A DNA stretch of 64,000 bases, taken from the NCBI GenBank assembly GCA_965369995.1, contig CBDURO010000005.1:4295-68294 (forward strand). Reading direction: 5' to 3'. Shown in pieces: positions 60,958-64,000 of the stretch (position 1 is its first letter; every line of letters begins with the position of its first letter). Under the pieces are notes generated by a model. It was not told where the DNA came from, searched no databases, and saw nothing but the letters and a program-made list of their open reading frames with translations. Source of the stretch: an uncultured bacterium. GTDB taxonomy: Bacteria > Fidelibacterota > Marinisomatia > Marinisomatales > JAHJCW01. The translations under genes were made by a program, and so were the position numbers.

Positions 60958-63020
60958 GCAAAACTATTCCCAAAGTATCAGTATTAATTGTCAGTTATAA
61001 TGTAAAACAATACATTATTCATTGTATTGATTCCATTAATAAATCGGATTATGCCGGACAGATTGAAATAATTGTTGTCGATAATAATTCATTTGATGGA
61101 TCACTTGATGAAATAAAATCAAAGATGAAAAGTGTGATTTGTATCCAAAATGATGTAAATGTTGGATTTGGGAAGGCAATAAATCAAACTGCTAGAATTG
61201 CTAGCGGAGAATATTATTTGATTTTAAATCCAGATACGATAATTGAAGAAAGTACAATTTCTACTTTTATCAATTATTTAGAGAAAGATAACACGATTGG
61301 TATGATTGGTCCAAAGATTGTTAATTCCGATGGATCTTTACAAAAAGGTAGTAAACGATCATTTCCAACTATTAGCGTAGCATTGCCAAAATTGATCGGT
61401 TTGGATAAATTGTTCCCTAATTCAAAATGGGCTGGACGCTACAACTTGAATTATCTTAATCCGGATGAAATTCATAAAGTTGATGCAATTAGTGGTTCAT
61501 GTATGTTCATCAGATCAGAGTTATTTAATAAAATCGGCGGTTTTGATGAGCAATTCTTTATGTATGGTGAAGACCTCGATTTATGTTATCAAGTTCATAA
61601 ACTGGGATTTGAGGTGCATTATTTACCGACAACTCAAATAATGCATTATCAAGGTGAATCAGTTAAATCCGCACCTTATGACAGCTTAAATGCTTTCTAT
61701 CAAGCAATGATATTGTTTTCCGAAAAACACTTCTCAAAAAGCAGAAGTATTTTATCTAAACTAGTAATCAGGTTGGGTATATATTTTCGTAAATTAATTT
61801 CAATAATCAATGAAAAACGCTCGCAAATAATATCCGTCGCTTTAGATGCATTTGTAGTTTTATTCGCTTTTTTAATTGCATTTCCTTTACGGCTAAATAG
61901 TTTAGATGCTTTTATAGTAAGTAAAGGGCTTATCCCTGGAGTATATATTATATTTTGGATTATGGTATGCGCAATGTTTGAGTTGTATTCGCGCTATATT
62001 TTATCGTATACACGTGCAATTATGGCATCACTTTCCGGATTTTTTCTTGCTGTAGTATTTACATATTTCTTTAAACAGTACGCTTTTTCGCGATTAGTGA
62101 TTATCGTTGCAACAACGATTATAACGATTTTAATACCCGGTTGGCGAATTTTAGCTCACTTTCTGATGTCGCGCGGAATTTTAAAGCCCACCAAGGAAAA
62201 ACACCACGTTTTGTTTGCACGAAAAACTATCATTATGGGTACTGATAAGGAAGCGATAAAAATTGCGAAAAATATTCAAAAGAGGTTTGACACAGGATTA
62301 GACATTGTAGGATTTGTAGATCGTAAATTAACTATAGAACCTAAAGATTTGTTTTTACCATTTTTAGGAGCAGTATCAGATTTACGTGATATAGTTACAA
62401 CTCATAATATTCATGAAATTATTTTTTCAACAGACTCATTTTCGAATCAAAAGATTTTGGATTTGATGGATGAAACAAAGGATTTACATCTTACTTATAG
62501 AATGGTACCGCGTAATCAAGAAGTATTACTTGGTAAAGCATCAGTAGAAGAGGTTGGTGATTATTCTTTTGTTAATATCGAATATAACTTATTTCACAGA
62601 TTACATAAATTTACAAAAAGGGTTTTTGATATATTATTCGCGGTTGTATTATCAATATTATTATCACCAATTACTATTATTAATGTATTGACCAAAAAAA
62701 TTGAAAAAATTGAATTTTGGGGTGAAAATGGTAAGCAGTTTATCTCGTTAACGCTAAAAAGTAAAAAGAAAGTAAATCAAAAATATTTGTATCTATATTC
62801 AATTTTGAAGGGGGATATGAGTTTTGTCGGTTCATTGCTAATACCCACAAGTCAATCTGATCCAAATCTTATATGCAAACCGGGACTCACTGGTTTAGCA
62901 AAAATGCGAAATTCAAAATTCACTCAATCTGATAGAAATGTTTTAGATCACTATTATGTTCAAAATCAAAGTTTAACATTAGACATTGAAATAATTTTAA
63001 AAACAATTTTTAGAAATTAA
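60954..63020 (+). CDS. GT2 glycosyltransferase fused to TM region, Rossmann-like domain and degenerate phosphoglycosyl-transferase domain
   Basis: 688 aa; IVSYN, VVDNNSFDGS, LNPDT, SGSCM, GFDEQFFMYGEDLDLC; C-terminal KRVFD..LSP..LKGDMSFVG..KPGLTG..YYVQN.SL.LDIEIILKT. Confidence 0.85.
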   Translation: MSKTIPKVSVLIVSYNVKQYIIHCIDSINKSDYAGQIEIIVVDNNSFDGSLDEIKSKMKSVICIQNDVNVGFGKAINQTARIASGEYYLILNPDTIIEESTISTFINYLEKDNTIGMIGPKIVNSDGSLQKGSKRSFPTISVALPKLIGLDKLFPNSKWAGRYNLNYLNPDEIHKVDAISGSCMFIRSELFNKIGGFDEQFFMYGEDLDLCYQVHKLGFEVHYLPTTQIMHYQGESVKSAPYDSLNAFYQAMILFSEKHFSKSRSILSKLVIRLGIYFRKLISIINEKRSQIISVALDAFVVLFAFLIAFPLRLNSLDAFIVSKGLIPGVYIIFWIMVCAMFELYSRYILSYTRAIMASLSGFFLAVVFTYFFKQYAFSRLVIIVATTIITILIPGWRILAHFLMSRGILKPTKEKHHVLFARKTIIMGTDKEAIKIAKNIQKRFDTGLDIVGFVDRKLTIEPKDLFLPFLGAVSDLRDIVTTHNIHEIIFSTDSFSNQKILDLMDETKDLHLTYRMVPRNQEVLLGKASVEEVGDYSFVNIEYNLFHRLHKFTKRVFDILFAVVLSILLSPITIINVLTKKIEKIEFWGENGKQFISLTLKSKKKVNQKYLYLYSILKGDMSFVGSLLIPTSQSDPNLICKPGLTGLAKMRNSKFTQSDRNVLDHYYVQNQSLTLDIEIILKTIFRN

Positions 63021-63021
63021 T

Positions 63022-63978
63022 ATGGCACGAAAATATTTAGATTTTGAAATACCTATAAAAGAAATAGATGAAAAAATTGCGGAACGAAAAGCATTGCTAA
63101 TTGAATGTAATGGCGGAAATGCTGATTTAGTAGCTCTTGAGACTAAACGGAATAAAATAATAGGAAATATTTTTTCCAAGTTGAATAGATGGCAGCGAGT
63201 TCAATTAGCACGTCATCCTGAACGACCATATAGTTTAGATTATATTCAGTCATGGTCTCCGGATTTCATTGAATTACATGGCGATCGTAATTTTGGAGAT
63301 GATAATGCAACGATTACTGGCATTGGTACGATTGATGGAATTAAAGTTGCATTTGTGGCACACCAAAAAGGTAGAAATACCAAAGATAATATAGTACGTA
63401 ATTTTGGTATGATGCGACCGGAAGGATATCGTAAAGCATTAAGAATAATGAAATTAGCTGAAAAATTTAATTTACCGATCATTTCATTAATTGACACACC
63501 GGGAGCTTATCCGGGAATTGGAGCTGAAGAGCGCGGACAAGGTGAAGCTATCGCAAAAAATCTATTGGAAATGTCAAAATTAAAAACACCAATAATATCG
63601 ATTGTAATTGGGGAAGGTGCCAGTGGAGGAGCATTGGGAATAGGTATAAGCGATAGAATGATAATGTTAGAAAATACCTGGTATTCTGTTATCAGTCCTG
63701 AAGGATGCGCATCAATTTTATGGCATGATGCAAGTAAGGCCAAGCAAGCTGCCGAATCTTTAAAACTAACTCCCACAGATCTAATGGAATTAGGTATTTG
63801 TGATAGAATTGTTCAAGAACCAATTGGCGGAGCTCATGATAATCAAAAACAGATGTTTGAGATTCTAAAAGCAGTCATAATTGAAGAGCTTAAATTATTT
63901 GATGATGTGGCAAAAGATACTTTATTTGATAAGAGAATTGAAAAATATGATCAAATGGGATCTTTTATTGATCAGTAA
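63022..63978 (+). CDS. accA: Acetyl-CoA carboxylase carboxyltransferase subunit alpha
   Basis: YLDFE, RVQLARHPERP, ELHGDR, HQKGR, NFGM..PEGYRKA, DTPGAYPG..AEERGQ, GEGASGGAL, VISPEG. Confidence 0.98.
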   Translation: MARKYLDFEIPIKEIDEKIAERKALLIECNGGNADLVALETKRNKIIGNIFSKLNRWQRVQLARHPERPYSLDYIQSWSPDFIELHGDRNFGDDNATITGIGTIDGIKVAFVAHQKGRNTKDNIVRNFGMMRPEGYRKALRIMKLAEKFNLPIISLIDTPGAYPGIGAEERGQGEAIAKNLLEMSKLKTPIISIVIGEGASGGALGIGISDRMIMLENTWYSVISPEGCASILWHDASKAKQAAESLKLTPTDLMELGICDRIVQEPIGGAHDNQKQMFEILKAVIIEELKLFDDVAKDTLFDKRIEKYDQMGSFIDQ

Positions 63979-64000
63979 TGATTGAGTACAATTACAAAAC

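Noticed and set aside
63978-64000. Possible next plus-strand gene (ATG 63978, MIEYNYK...)
   Set aside because: TAATG coupling suggests a real start, but seven codons are too few to identify.

Overview
AT-rich (roughly 30% GC by eye), densely packed bacterial core-genome segment. About 60 CDS, many coupled by overlapping stop/start codons, plus one tRNA-Ser(GCT). No integrase, transposase, phage gene, rRNA or CRISPR array was seen. Gene content (WaaA/heptosyltransferase LPS genes, PorV, a T9SS-type C-terminal sorting domain, GWxTD protein, half-length GlgA next to a DUF4270-like lipoprotein) points to a diderm FCB-superphylum organism; Marinisomatota/Marinimicrobia-like is an inference. Main blocks: minus-strand meaB-tatC-polyprenyl synthase-GT9-waaA; M16 peptidase; trxA-trxB-ABC ATPase-HDAC-PspC-rfaE1; propeller-GWxTD-Fe-S nuclease; rnhA-rfbA; mreBCD-mrdA-rodA; half-GlgA/lipoprotein/barrel/TPR-glyA; a TRAP-T (TatT-DctP-DctQM) transporter; porV-CTD protein-Omp85-like-DUF5683-bamD; nadD-CaCA-ftsEX; hrcA-grpE-dnaJ-comEA-pilin-like-pilM-like; rsmD-coaD-fmdB-icd-obgE-dprA; tRNA-Ser-sxtJ/I/K-like triad; rfbD-GT2-GT2-accA. 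Most notable observations: (1) the only two broken genes I found are both DNA-uptake genes (comEA, one-base shift; dprA, one-base shift plus an in-frame deletion of its core); (2) an outer-membrane locus with a PorV carrying a large acidic DxDxDG-like insert, followed by an M6-protease-like CTD protein that has lost its zinc ligands, and a gluzincin-propeller-barrel protein; (3) several apparent pseudo-enzyme domains (half-GlgA, degenerate ABC ATPase, dead phosphoglycosyl-transferase domain). All family calls come from motif recognition by eye; no searches were run.
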